A stretch of 63,994 bases of DNA, filler included, from Octopus bimaculoides (taxonomy: Eukaryota): NCBI RefSeq assembly GCF_001194135.2. It is 5 parts of 5 records of this genome, joined end to end, with 100 filler letters (N's around TTAATTAATTAA, not from the genome) between each part and the next. Parts side by side here need not be neighbours in the genome. Positions count along the whole stretch, not along the records: positions 24,327 to 50,449 come from NC_068996.1; 4 more parts are not named here. One strand, given 5' to 3'. Under the pieces are notes generated by a model, which saw nothing but the letters and a program-made list of their open reading frames with translations, ran no database searches and was not told the DNA's origin. A program made the position numbers and the translations under genes. Positions 25,505-38,440 of this stretch are shown one piece after another (position 1 is the first letter of the stretch; each line of letters starts with the position of its first letter).

Positions 25505-27260
25505 CTGATGTCTATTCTTTTATAAGACCTTAATCCAGCCAATGATTTACAGACATGTCCGCAGTCTGGATATAAGAATGGACTGTTAGATAAAGCAGCA
25601 GTCATGTTAATTGAAGGCTTTGTCTTTACTCACAGTTGTTAATATAATCCAGGTGGCCGATTCATTGTTCTTATGGCTTTATAGCAAATCAACTTCTATT
25701 CGTTGCGATTCGAAGCAGATTTTTCATGTTTCTAGGAGAATCTTGGTGATTTTCAGGTTAACTTTAAAATTGTCCTTGTACCTTAGCTCTGATCTTCCTA
25801 TTTTACTCCTACCATTTTGGAGCTGGCCATACCTAAGGACTTTTGGAATTCTGTTATCATTCTTTCTTATGACATGACCAATTCAGCTTTATTGGGATTT
25901 CAAAAGAAAGGTTTCAATACTACTAATTTTACTTTTAAAAATTGATCAGTATTCGAAATTCTATCACTTAGGTTGTATCCACAAATGGTCTGCCAGAAAT
26001 TTTCCTGCAATACACAGGAGAGATGGCACGTGAATTATTGCAGACAGCTTTTCTTCCCTTTATTTTCGAAGTTATGCTTTATGGATGCTTCCTCATTGCT
26101 CTGTGGTATATGTTGAGCTCTCCAGAATATTTCAAAGAGCTCAAGAACTTTGGCACCAACTTTTTAAGCACCATAATTTAAGATTTCAGGTAATATACCA
26201 TGAGCTTTGTTTGATAACATTTACTTTATAGCATCTTGAACCTCCTTTAAGTATAGCTTAAGAGAAAACTCCAGGATTCCTGATCTTTGAGGTACAAATT
26301 GAGTTACATTATCATTGATGACTGAATAGGAATTAAGAACAGCCTCAAAATTCTCCTACTCTCGGGAAAGAATACTAGTGTTTTCAGTCAGAAAAGTCTG
26401 GCCATCAGAAGGCTGAACAGAGGATGAACCATTTTCAAAGGAGCAAAACAACTATTTGAAGCCTTCAAAGAAAGCCTTGTTGTTCTTCTTGTTCGCTGTT
26501 TCCTGGAGTTCAGCAGCTTTCGGTGACCACCAAGGTTTCTTCATTCTCGTAAGAGTAATTTGCAACTGTTTCTTGCATACTTTTCATGCACACTTATTGA
26601 TATTGGGGTGTTTAACATTGGCTAGGCCTTGTGTAAATCATGTAACCTTTTTTATAAGAAGCTGAATATCTGCATTGCTGTCAACAAACCAATGCTGATG
26701 CTTCAACAGCAGAATTGGTTTCATGGCAGCAACTTCTAAAGAAGTTTGTTGGTGGTACTCCTGGTGGATTTTCAAGATGATTCAATATCATCATTTATCT
26801 GCGCTGAATCAAGAGACGTTCCAAGTGGATCAGATAACTCTTTCTTACTATGGCTGGATTTTAATGGCAAAATATCGATGCACTTTCAGATCGACGAGTT
26901 GGATATACATTTTTTCCCGAGCAATGCGGAAGGAACCTTTACTGCGCAAAACAGTGTGGTCTGAAAGATAACAAGTGTTGTGGAAGGAACGAGTGATGTT
27001 AAAGTTTTTCATATCATGTTGCTTTGTGATTATGTAATCAATCATATACCAATCTTTTGACCTCCAAATTTGCATCCAAATTGTTTTGTGGTTTGTTGTC
27101 TGTTGGTAGAAAGTGTTGCTGATTGTAAGGTCAAATACTCTGCAAAGTGAAAGAAAATATAAACCATTTGAGTCCATTCACCCTGCTTCATGCGAAACAA
27201 AAATATCAGGCTATATCTCATGCTTAGCAACAACACGAGTTTGAAGTCTCTCGTGAACTT
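25505..27260 (-). mobile_element. RTE-clade LINE relic (APE endonuclease C-half, start of RT, C-terminal Cys/His tail); most of RT deleted
   Basis: ORF 26848..27177 DSNGLYFLSLC...ISNTFYQQ...KTIWM..RSKDWYMIDYIIT...SDH; C-terminal YPDCGHVCKSLAGLRSYKR in ORF 25336..25605. Confidence 0.85.
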
Positions 27261-28011
27261 TATTTTTCTCCTGCCCGGAGAGAAAGCTGACTAGAGCGCA
27301 ACAGCTGACTAGTGTGACAGAAGTATTATTTTTTCACGTCAAAAGAAAGTACCATAATTCGGTCTGTGACTCCAAAAGGAGGAGAAGATGGGGAATTTTC
27401 AAGTTGAGATTTGATAGCAAAGCCAACATCTGACAGACGTGGTGCTTCTTTACTTCTAATAATCCTGAAGAAAGAGTATTCCCCACCCTACACTCCTCCA
27501 GCTGAGAAGTACCTGCAATACGAATTTAACAGAGTGCAGAAATGTCAATGTTATATTTATGCAGAGCATGAGGTATTATTGTCGTTTTCAGTTCTGAGGT
27601 GGAATCATTGGCTTGGAGTGTATGGATATACCATGAACCAAGGTTCAATTTCTTATTGCGTCACATTTTTTGTTACATTTTTTTGACTGCGGTACTAAAT
27701 GACCAGACAGTTGCTGCACGCTGACAATTTAGTGGCATAAGGAGGTAATGTTTAGGGCTCCTTTTACCGCCACTCCCTTTGCACAGAAAAAGCAGTGTTA
27801 TATTTAAACATTTGGTACAATTGGATGACACAGTCTGCACAGTTGCTCATGGACATTCATCACTCAATAGCCGCCACAGCTTGAGACTGCCAATAACACA
27901 CTACACCTGTCCTTGTTACCTTAACTTTCTTGCCGCTGAATATGTGTGCATGCTTTTAATGGAATAGTATATATATATATATATTATATATTTGCATGTA
28001 TGTATGTATGT

Positions 28012-28083
<72 letters not shown>

Positions 28084-28739
28084 NNNNNNNNNNNNNNNNN
28101 NNNNNNNNNNNNNNNNNNNNNNNNNNNNNNNNNNNNNNNNNNNNNNNNNNNNNNNNNNNNNNNNNNNNNNNNNNNNNNNNNNNNNNNNNNNNNNNNNNNN
28201 NNNNNNNNNNNNNNNTATATATATATATATATAAGAGAGTATAATGACTTGTATACAGAGAGAAGCCTCTTCACAGGACTTCTTGCATGCTAAAAAGGGC
28301 AGTTAAACCCATACCACGAAATAAATCATTCTTAAGGCACGCTGTTAATGGTACCACTGGTAATAAATTATTTTAATTTTATATATATGTATATGTATAG
28401 AGTGTTAGGCGTGATGTACAGATTTTGAATATTACCATTAGAATCTATTTGACAAGTTCGAGAAATGAACGAAAGCGCTAATGATAATGAATAAATAAAA
28501 GGATTTTTTTCCAAAATTCTGGCGACCTTTTTCTCAATACATATATATACATATATATATACATAGTCAATTTAAACATGAACAAGCAAAAAAAAACGCG
28601 AAAAAACACGGAAAAACAACGCGAGGATGTGGAATAAGTGCAGTGTTATTGAACGCTCAATATGTGTGTGTGTATGTGTGTGTATACACTCACTTACACA
28701 CACACACACATGTACGTATATTCAATTATTATTAGAACA

Positions 28740-28900
28740 TGTACGTGAGAGCTCATGACCTAATGGATAGTGTGTTGCACTCACGATCACGAGAATGTGA
28801 TTTCAATTTCGGGACGAGGTGGTGCGTTGTGTTTTTGAGGAAAACACTTCATCTCACATTACTCTGCAATCACTTCGACACCTGACATGTGGTGCACCTT
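28740..28900 (+). mobile_element. Degenerate tRNA-derived SINE (family E)
   Basis: tRNA-like head (TAATGGATAGTGTG...GATTTCAATTTC); related inverse copy at 33230-33375. Confidence 0.5.
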
Positions 28901-29043
28901 AAAAATGTTCAGACAACGTCAATTTGATGGAGAGAATGAGCTAATGTACAGCACATACATTTGATTACAATCAAGAATTTTGAGAAGGATACTCAACAAG
29001 AACCGTCTTTCTCAAACTGCGAGAGACTACCATCATGCATGTA

Positions 29044-29981
29044 CAAGGTGCGATCAAAAAGTATCCGACCATTGGGCATAAAAAAAAAACAATTTTGTAC
29101 ATTTATATTTATTTAATTTTATCTAATCACCTTCAAAATACTCCCTTTGGGAGTTGACAGGCTTCTCCCAACGATTCTGTTACTGCTGGTTACACCACTG
29201 GAACGCCCTCTCTAGAACGCTATGGAGCTCCGCCGTCGCTTTTCTCATAATTTTCGTCTCACGCCTCAAGTCGCTTCCCTTTCAGCGTGATTTTCAGTTT
29301 GAGGAAGAGCCAGAAGTCGCACAGTGCTAAGTCGGGAGAGTCTGAAGCCCGTCGAACAAGCGGTGTGTTGTTCTTGATCAGAGAAGCAGAATGAGCGGGT
29401 GCAATGAGCGTGGTGAAGTTTCTAATTCTTCACCGCACACATGTCTGGCTGCTTTCGATGCACAGCATCACGAAGGCAACGTATAACCTCCTGGTAGCAT
29501 TCCTTATTGATCGTTTGGCTTTGTGGTGCGTATTCATGATGCACAATACCACGGGAGTCGATGAAACAAGTCAACATTACCTTCACACTGCTGCAAACCT
29601 GTCGTACTTTTAAGGGCCTCTGGTGATTACGGATGCTTCCTTTTGGAAGGACTGGAACTTGGCTCCCGAGTCATAACTATAAATCCATGTCTCATCACCA
29701 GTGATGATGGTCTTCATGAAGTCTGGGTTGTGGTTTGCACAGTCCAGCATATCCTGAACAATGTCCATGCGGAGTTGCTTATGTTGCTCCGCCAGCACCG
29801 TGGGGACGATTTTCACCAACACTCTCCACATGCACAAATCCTCCGTTAAAATGGAATGCACTGATCCTGCGCTTGTTCCCACTTCATGAGCAATTTCCTG
29901 GATTGTTACCTGACTGTCTTCCATGACCATTCGCTGAACCTTCTCAATCAGTTCCTCGTTCTGGTTTGTGGATGGTCTGCC
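29044..29981 (-). mobile_element. Mariner (DD34D-type) relic; 5' part lost in the N gap
   Basis: GRPSTNQNEELIEKVQRMVMEDSQVTIQEIA...KTIITGDETWIYSYD; TIR-like TA|CAAGGTGCGATCAAAAAGTATCC at 29042. Confidence 0.9.
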
Positions 29982-30873
29982 NNNNNNNNNNNNNNNNNNN
30001 NNNNNNNNNNNNNNNNNNNNNNNNNNNNNNNNNNNNNNNNNNNNNNNNNNNNNNNNNNNNNNNNNNNNNNNNNNNNNNNNNNNNNNNNNNNNNNNNNNNN
30101 NNNNNNNNNNNNNNNNNNNNNNNNNNNNNNNNNNNNNNNNNNNNNNNNNNNNNNNNNNNNNNNNNNNNNNNNNNNNNNNNNNNNNNNNNNNNNNNNNNNN
30201 NNNNNNNNNNNNNNNNNNNNNNNNNNNNNNNNNNNNNNNNNNNNNNNNNNNNNNNNNNNNNNNNNNNNNNNNNNNNNNNNNNNNNNNNNNNNNNNNNNNN
30301 NNNNNNNNNNNNNNNNNNNNNNNNNNNNNNNNNNNNNNNNNNNNNNNNNNNNNNNNNNNNNNNNNNNNNNNNNNNNNNNNNNNNNNNNNNNNNNNNNNNN
30401 NNNNNNNNNNNNNNNNNNNNNNNNNNNNNNNNNNNNNNNNNNNNNNNNNNNNNNNNNNNNNNNNNNNNNNNNNNNNNNNNNNNNNNNNNNNNNNNNNNNN
30501 NNNNNNNNNNNNNNNNNNNATATATATATATATATATGCATATATATATATGTATATAAATATATACATATATATATACATACATATATATATACACGCG
30601 CGCGCGTGTGTGTGTATGAGCGTGCGTGTATGTGTGTGCGTGTATGTGTGTGCGTGCGTGAATGTGTGTATGTTTGCGTTTGTGTGTATATGTGCATGCA
30701 TTTATATATAGAGAGAAATATATATATATAAGATGACTGCGAACTTTCAGCTAATCCCGTAGATTAATGTTAAATCGTTTTTATATATAACATGACATAA
30801 AAACATGTCCGTGTATATGTGTGTCTGTTTATGTGTATTTGTGTGTGTATGTGAGTGTGTATGAATAGATATA

Positions 30874-30918
<45 letters not shown>

Positions 30919-31344
30919 NNNNNNNNNNNNNNNNNNNNNNNNNNNNNNNNNNNNNNNNNNNNNNNNNNNNNNNNNNNNNNNNNNNNNNNNNNNNNNNNNN
31001 NNNNNNNNNNNNNNNNNNNNNNNNNNNNNNNNNNNNNNNNNNNNNNNNNNNNNNNNNNNNNNNNNNNNNNNNNNNNNNNNNNNNNNNNNNNNNNNNNNNN
31101 NNNNNNNNNNNNNNNNNNNNNNNNNNNNNNNNNNNNNNNNNNNNNNNNNNNNNNNNNNNNNNNNNNNNNNNNNNNNNNNNNNNNNNNNNNNNNNNNNNNN
31201 NNNNNNNNNNNNNNNNNNNNNNNNNNNNNNNNNNNNNNNNNNNNNNNNNNNNNNNNNNNNNNNNNNNNNNNNNNNNNNNNNNNNNNNNNNNNNNNNNNNN
31301 CCGTATGTAAATCATGTTTTTGTATATTCGAATTTACGTAAGTA

Positions 31345-32653
31345 CAGGGTGGGGCAGAGAGAAAGAACGTTTTTGAAAAATTCATAAAAATCATTAATTC
31401 TAGCTGCAAACAAATTTTATTGACATCAATGTGTTCGTATTGAATTAACATTTGTCAAAATCAAGTGTGGAAAACAACATCCAGCATGTGGGGTCCGTTT
31501 TCATTGATGCATTTCTGAAGGCGTTTTTGAAAGTTGGCCTCCACTCTCTCCAGCATTGCTTTGTCGATTTGGGTGACTTCCACGCGAATAGCTTCCTTCG
31601 AATCGTCCAATGCACACACATGCCTTGAGGTTTTCCCACAAGAAATAATCACACATGGACAAATCAGGGGACCGTGGGGTCCAAGGAATGTCAGCAAACC
31701 TGAAAATAAGTTGGTCACCGAAGAGGGGGCGAATAACGTCCATTGATGCTCTGGCTGTGTGAGCCGTCGCCCCATCCTGCTGAAGCCACACACATCGAAT
31801 AGGCATACGTTTACACAAAGAAGTTGTTTTTCATCTCGATGTAACGCTCGGAGTTCACAGTAACAGCATTTTCATTATTGTCTCCAAAGAAGTAAGGACC
31901 AATCACGGCAGTTTTTCCAACAGCGCACCAGACAGTCACTTTTGGTCTGTACAGTGGTCTTCTGTGCAGTTCTCTTGAATTTTCAGGAGCTCAATAACGA
32001 CAGTTCTGTTGATTCACCATGCCATTGAGATGAAAATAAGCTTAATCACTCATTAACAAAATGAGGTTGTCATTTGCCTCAAAAATTACTTCCGTTTAAC
32101 GTGCGAAGTTAAGCCGCTGTGCATAGTCCCATGATTTCAACTGTTGCCCAATGACCAATTTGTACGGGTGGAAATGCAGGTCTTCATGCAAAATACGCCT
32201 CACCGATCGACCACTAATGCCAAGTTCAGTGGAATGCATCCGAGTAGAGCGATTCGGACTCCATATCAAAGTTTGTCTAACGCGTTTCACACTTTCCGGG
32301 GTCCGTACCGTTTGTGGCGCCTCCACCGATCTCCTATTCATAAGTGTACCTCGTATGCGAAGTGCATTCACCCAACATAAGATTGTGTTACGGGTGGAAA
32401 CAGCCAGATTTCGGTGAATGTTGAAGTGACGCCAAAACTCACACTGAACTGCTGTGACAAACTCGCTGTTCTTCACGTAATCGTCGTAGACAAACACGTG
32501 ATGCTCTATCGTCCACAGCGTCATAACTTCACCTGAAAAGAAAAAAAATGCCAAGACACCACGGACTGAATGGTACCTGTCGGACATATGTCTCTCCCCT
32601 GGGGATGAGTAATAGCCATTATCAAGAACGTCCGTCCACTCTGCTCCACCCTG
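31345..32653 (-). mobile_element. Full-length Tc1/mariner DD41D (rosa-type) transposon, frameshifted
   Basis: TA-flanked ~30-bp TIRs CAGGGTGG(G/A)GCAGAG; N-terminal WTIEHHVFVY..Y (DUF4817-like); QQDGATAHT...WTPRSPDLSMCD gives 41 residues between the 2nd and 3rd Asp. Confidence 0.9.
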
Positions 32654-32754
32654 TATATAACTGTATATGTGTATATATGTATATCTTTGCAAATGTATGT
32701 ATACGTCTGTGTGTTTGTGTGTGTATGTATGTATATATAAGTTTTGTGCTTGTA

Positions 32755-32935
32755 TTTGCAGCCGGTTTGGTTTGTTTACGTCCCCGTATTTAACGGTTCG
32801 CTAAACGAAACCGATAAAATAAGTTTCAGACTTCAAAAAAAAAAGTAACTTAAATACTGTGGTTGATTTGTCCGACTAAAACCCTTCATGGAGGAACCCT
32901 AGCATAGCCACAACCCATATAATTGAAACAAATGC
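32755..32935 (+). mobile_element. SINE (family B)
   Basis: GTTTACGTCCCCGTATTTAACGGTTCG...CCGATAAAATAAG...TCCGACTAAAACCCTTCA. Confidence 0.75.
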
Positions 32936-32969
32936 ATGAAGATGTGTGTGTGTGTGTGTGTGTGTGAGA

Positions 32970-33057
<88 letters not shown>

Positions 33058-33229
33058 CTGACATCATTTTCACCCGTCTTCTTGTAAAATTACGATATAT
33101 ATGTATATCACTTTATCACTTTATCGACCAGACTAAGCGCATTGTGATCAGCGATATGTAGCAACACACCGCTGGTCACAGTGCGCTTCTTTGGACTGTT
33201 TTAGTTTTCGAATATCGCCACTGGCTAGG

Positions 33230-33375
33230 TGGACAGGCTTAATCAGTTACTGTTGAGTGCACTGAAACAACGTCAAATGGGGTGTTTTGCCCCAGTACAC
33301 AACACACCGCTGCTCCGGGAATCGAAACCACTATCTTGCGATCGTGAGCGCGACACTCTACTAAGCCGCGCACCT
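33230..33375 (-). mobile_element. tRNA-derived SINE (family E)
   Basis: Reverse strand carries GGTTTCGATTCCCGG B-box-like motif and a tRNA-like head. Confidence 0.6.
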
Positions 33376-33409
33376 TCGCACACACACACACTTACACACA
33401 CTCTCGCAC

Positions 33410-34438
33410 ATGTATGTATGTATGTATGTATGCATGCATGTATGTATGTATGTATGCATGTATGTATGTATGTATGTATGTGTGTGTGTGTATGTATGTA
33501 TGTGTGTGTATGTATGTATGTATGCATGCATGCATGTATGTATGTATGTAGTGTATGTATGTATGTAGTGTATGTATGTATGTATGTATGCATGTATGTA
33601 TGTATGTATGTATGTATGCATGCATGCATGTATGTATGTATGTATGGATGTATGTATGTATGTATGTATGTATGTATGTATGTAGTGTATGTATGTATGT
33701 ATGTATGTATGTATGTNNNNNNNNNNNNNNNNNNNNNNNNNNNNNNNNNNNNNNNNNNNNNNNNNNNNNNNNNNNNNNNNNNNNNNNNNNNNNNNNNNNN
33801 NNNNNNNNNNNNNNNNNNNNNNNNNNNNNNNNNNNNNNNNNNNNNNNNNNNNNNNNNNNNNNNNNNNNNNNNNNNNNNNNNNNNNNNNNNNNNNNNNNNN
33901 NNNNNNNNNNNNNNNNNNNNNNNNNNNNNNNNNNNNNNNNNNNNNNNNNNNNNNNNNNNNNNNNNNNNNNNNNNNNNNNNNNNNNNNNNNNNNNNNNNNN
34001 NNNNNNNNNNNNNNNNNNNNNNNNNNNNNNNNNNNNNNNNNNNNNNNNNNNNNNNNNNNNNNNNNNNNNNNNNNNNNNNNNNNNNNNNNNNNNNNNNNNN
34101 NNNNNNNNNNNNNNNNNNNNNNNNNNNNNNNNNNNNNNNNNNNNNNNNNNNNNNNNNNNNNNNNNNNNNNNNNNATGTATGTATGTATGTATGTATGTAT
34201 GTATGTATGTAGTGTATGTATGTATGTATGTATGTATGTATGTGTGTATGTATGTATGTATGTATGTATTTATGTATGTATGTATGTATGTATGTATGTA
34301 TGCATGTATGTATGTATGCATGTATGTATGTATGTATGTATGCATGTATGTATGTATGTAGTGTATGTATGTATGCATGTATGTATGTATGTATGTATGT
34401 GTGTATGTATGTATGTATGTATGTATGTATGTATGTAT
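33410..34438. repeat. Very long (TATG)n microsatellite spanning an N gap
   Basis: Direct; begins at the position of the internal CATA tract of the adjacent R4 3' UTR. Confidence 0.95.
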
Positions 34439-34439
34439 A

Positions 34440-34672
34440 ATTTTTCTTTGAGAGTGTTCAAACCGGTCACTAACAAAGCAACATGATTTTTTCAGTTAAG
34501 AGAGTTCCCTGTGTTTGTAGATATGTGGTTGAGTTGGTGCGTCGGTTGAACTGTCGATGCATAGGTCCAAGTGTGTGCATCTGTTCACATAAGAATCTCA
34601 CATGGAGAATTTCTGGAATGTTTTACAAATCTTCACTGTGCCACTAGTAGATCGGACTGGAGAATCCAATCT
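34440..34672 (-). mobile_element. R4/Dong-family fragment (ORF end plus proximal 3' UTR)
   Basis: Reverse complement matches 59260-59480 (GTGGCACAGTGAAGATTTGTAA...CAACCACATATCTACAAACACAGGGAACTCTC). Confidence 0.8.
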
Positions 34673-35063
34673 GGATGTACGTGTATGTATTTATCCAACA
34701 TGTATATTTGTATGTGTATGCATGCATGCATGTATGTATGTATGTATGTATGTATGTATGTATGTGAACGTATATACTATGTAGATTTACTGGACCGAAT
34801 ACCTTTCCATGACGCCTCCGCAAGCACTTGGAGTACATGATTATCTCACCAGCGGTAACGGACCACGGCTAAGGTTCTAGAGCAGCTGCTAAGGGGATAT
34901 TGAGAGGATCTTCTTTCAGTATGTGTTTTATTTTACTTGTATAAATCACTACATATTTTATCTGTCTCTTTTGCTAAACTGCTATCTTACGGGAACGGAC
35001 GTAAACAAACCAGCACCAGTTGTCAAATCATGTTGGGGTGACACACATACTTACATACACATA

Positions 35064-35812
35064 CGAAATAGTATCAAAAAGTTCCCGGACTAGTTCTGTA
35101 GCGCGCCAACAGATGGCAGCACACGGTTGCGTGCGTAGCGAAAGCTAGCAGTGACCTTGACGAGGCAGTGTGCCGAGTAACATCGCTGCATCTACTTCAC
35201 AAGTTGTGAAATTTGTGTTTTTGTGATCACGTGTATGCTGTAGTTTGCGATTTTGTCATGGACAAAAACAAAGATCCAGCGTGAAATTTTACGTTAAACT
35301 TGGGAAGTCTGCTCCAGAGAGATTGGGCATGCTTCGGTAAGCTTAGGCGACTAAACAATGCGTTGTACGCAATGTTTCGGGTGGCACATTCGGCGAAAGC
35401 GACTGAATCTGTGGAGCGCGAAGAATTGGATTCTTCACAATGACAATTCGTCCAGTCACCGAGCTCTCCTCACTCGTGAGTCTCTTGCCAAAACAATAGG
35501 TATTGCTTCCGCACCCGCCCTTTTCGCCAGATTTAGTTCCTGCGAACTTCCATCTCTTCTCCAAATTTAAAATGCAGCTCAAAGGACGCCGTTTTAACTC
35601 TGTTGTCGAGACCCAGCGCGAATCGCAGAAAATCCTCGGCTCTCTTACAGAAAACAACTTCCAGATTGGATTCCAAAAGTGACAGGAACGCTGGGAACGG
35701 TGTATTGTTGTACAAAGTGACTATTTCGAAGGAGGTGATGTTAAAACAGGTAAATAAGTTAGTTATTTTTCATCAAACATAACAAGTCCTGGAGCTTTTG
35801 TATGCCACCACG
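35064..35812 (+). mobile_element. Internally deleted mariner with both termini (same family as 3020-4056)
   Basis: TA flanks, imperfect TIRs ending ...AAAAG(T/C)TCC(C/A)GGACT; reading frame jumps from FGWH (HTH) to IRRKRLNLWSAKNWILHNDN. Confidence 0.88.
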
Positions 35813-35877
35813 TACGTGCATATATTAACAGATGGATTTATCTATAAAGAGAGAGAGAAGGAGAGAGACACACATGC

Positions 35878-35881
35878 AGGC

Positions 35882-35920
<39 letters not shown>

Positions 35921-35933
35921 TAGATAGATAAAC

Positions 35934-36014
<81 letters not shown>
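35878..36014. repeat. (GACA)n/(GATA)n microsatellite
   Basis: Direct. Confidence 0.95.
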
Positions 36015-36049
36015 TACAAGTATACACATGCATATATATGTATGTATGT

Positions 36050-36720
36050 ACGTTGCTGACGACTCTCAGGACTATCACAGTTGGTAGGAACTTAGTATAC
36101 GTGATCGCTGGAACCTCCTTCGGGTCTCTGCATAACCATCGATCGTCTCTTCGATCTACCTTTTAGTCTTGATCGAAGTTTTTCTCATTGGAGTAAAGGC
36201 AAAGCATTCCAGCCTCTTGGTGTTTTAATTTGGTTAGCAAGCGCTTCGCACGGATCGAACGATTCTCTCTCATCATATCTGAAATAAACTGATCTTTATG
36301 CATCACGTACGACTTGTACCGAATATCTTCATGCTCATCTCTTCTGACGGTGCATTCTGAAGCTTTGAGGTCCTCTGGAATGACTCTGATTGACTTTCCA
36401 GGGATTTTGTCGATTATTTCTTGGGGTTTTTGTACCAAGTGATAATATTAGAACCCTGTGCATGCGTTTTGCATTTAACTACTGATGTTGGATCTTTGCT
36501 AGCAGCTTCCAGCACATTTCAAACTTTGACAATGAAAGAGTGGGCAATTTTCAGGAAGCTAACTATCTCTGTATCACTATGCTGCACTTTTAAGGCAACA
36601 ATTACAGTGTACCTTTCCTTTTCATTTGCTGAATCAATTTGATGTCTGACATTATTTATCTGAATAGTAAGTGAGGTTAAATGGATATAATATCCGGGCG
36701 GATACCGTATTAGCTCTCAA
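36050..36720 (-). mobile_element. maT (DD37D-like, Bmmar1-type) transposase 5' fragment
   Basis: ORF 36163..36438 HEDIRYKSYVM...AKRLLTKLKH...SNEKNFDQD continuing as KVDRRDDRWLCRDPKEVP; D-D spacing not visible, family assigned by recalled similarity. Confidence 0.75.
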
Positions 36721-36864
36721 TTAAGTTCCAGTTACCAGCTGACTACAACGATCAGTATCTAACGTCTATGACTACATTTAGTTGTTAGTCACATTGTGAA
36801 TTCTTCCAATGGATAGTTCCGTGTTCTCTTCGCTAAACAGGAAAAATCGACTAGAGCGTATATT

Positions 36865-37153
36865 AATATTAATAATAATAAAGAGTATAGGGACTTGTGC
36901 ATTCACAAAATTTATTTTATAGTTATATACAGCATATTATAGTGACCTACACGTGTTTCCGCTGCAACGACTGCTCACTATTGCATTTGCAAATGAGTAG
37001 TCACTGCAAATGCAACGATGAGTAGTCGCTGCAAATGCAACAGTGAGTTGTTGCTGCAGCGGAAAGACGAGTAGGTCATTATATGGTGTATATAACTATA
37101 AAATAAATTTTATGTATGTATAAATCTCCATACACTTTATCATTATTAATATT
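36865..37153. mobile_element. Fold-back / MITE-like imperfect palindrome (~125-bp arms)
   Basis: Left arm AATATTAATAAT..AAAATTTATTTTATAGTTATATAC..TGACCTAC..TTTCCGCTGCA..TTGCATTTGCA mirrors the right arm. Confidence 0.8.
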
Positions 37154-38254
37154 GCTAGCAGAAAGACCGCCCTCCGGCAGTTTTCTGCTAGCCCCTTGAT
37201 TATATATTCACATTTGATCCGCAGTTGTAATAATTTTTATATTTTACGTCTTATTATTTCTTTGTATAATAGTGCTCACTTACTTAGTAAATATTGCTTT
37301 CATTATTTTACCACAGTCATAATTTCTCTTTTTTAAACAAACATCACGGTAGTCCAACAACAGAGGGAGAAGCAGTTTGTCAAGTTTTATCTTCCCCTGA
37401 AAACGACATAGAGATTTCAATTCAGCACTCTTCTGTAAGCTTTGCAGTGTGTGTTTGAGAAAGAGAGGAGAGAGAGATAACATTGCAAACAATGAATGAA
37501 ATAAACATGAAAAGAAAAAAATTGTATAAATAAANNNNNNNNNNNNNNNNNNNNNNNNNNNNNNNNNNNNNNNNNNNNNNNNNNNNNNNNNNNNNNNNNN
37601 NNNNNNNNNNNNNNNNNNNNNNNNNNNNNNNNNNNNNNNNNNNNNNNNNNNNNNNNNNNNNNNNNNNNNNNNNNNNNNNNNNNNNNNNNNNNNNNNNNNN
37701 NNNNNNNNNNNNNNNNNNNNNNNNNNNNNNNNNNNNNNNNNNNNNNNNNNNNNNNNNNNNNNNNNNNNNNNNNNNNNNNNNNNNNNNNNNNNNNNNNNNN
37801 NNNNNNNNNNNNNNNNNNNNNNNNNNNNNNNNNNNNNNNNNNNNNNNNNNNNNNNNNNNNNNNNNNNNNNNNNNNNNNNNNNNNNNNNNNNNNNNNNNNN
37901 NNNNNNNNNNNNNNNNNNNNNNNNNNNNNNNNNNNNNNNNNNNNNNNNNNNNNNNNNNNNNNNNNNNNNNNNNNNNNNNNNNNNNNNNNNNNNNNNNNNN
38001 NNNNNNNNNNNNNNNNNNNNNNNNNNNNNNNNNNNNNNNNNNNNNNNNNNNNNNNNNNNNNNNNNNNNNNNNNNNNNNNNNNNNNNNNNNNNNNNNNNNN
38101 NNNNNNNNNNNNNNNNNNNNNNNNNNNNNNNNNNNNNNNNNTGAGTGATTTAAGGGCGATTTGGCTGTTGTTTCTAGCACATTTAAAGACAACCCTCCTC
38201 GATTCTTTATCACTCTCGCATGTATTGATGCTTTTCAATATTTTTTCCCCAAAA

Positions 38255-38440
38255 GGCGGCGAGCTGGCAGAAAGGTTAGCAGTATTTCGTCTTTACGTTC
38301 TAAGTTCAAATTCTGCCGAGGTTGACTTTGCCTTTCATCCTTTCGAGGTCGATAAATTAAGTACCAGTTGCTTACTGGGTCGACCTAATCGACTGGTCCC
38401 CAACCCAAAAATTTCGAGCCTTGTGCCTACAGTGGAAAAG
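38255..38440 (+). mobile_element. tRNA-derived SINE (family A)
   Basis: GGCGGCGAGCTGGCAGAA...AGTTCAAATTCTGCCGAGG..GACTTTGCCTTTCATCC..GATAAATTAAGTACCAG. Confidence 0.85.
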
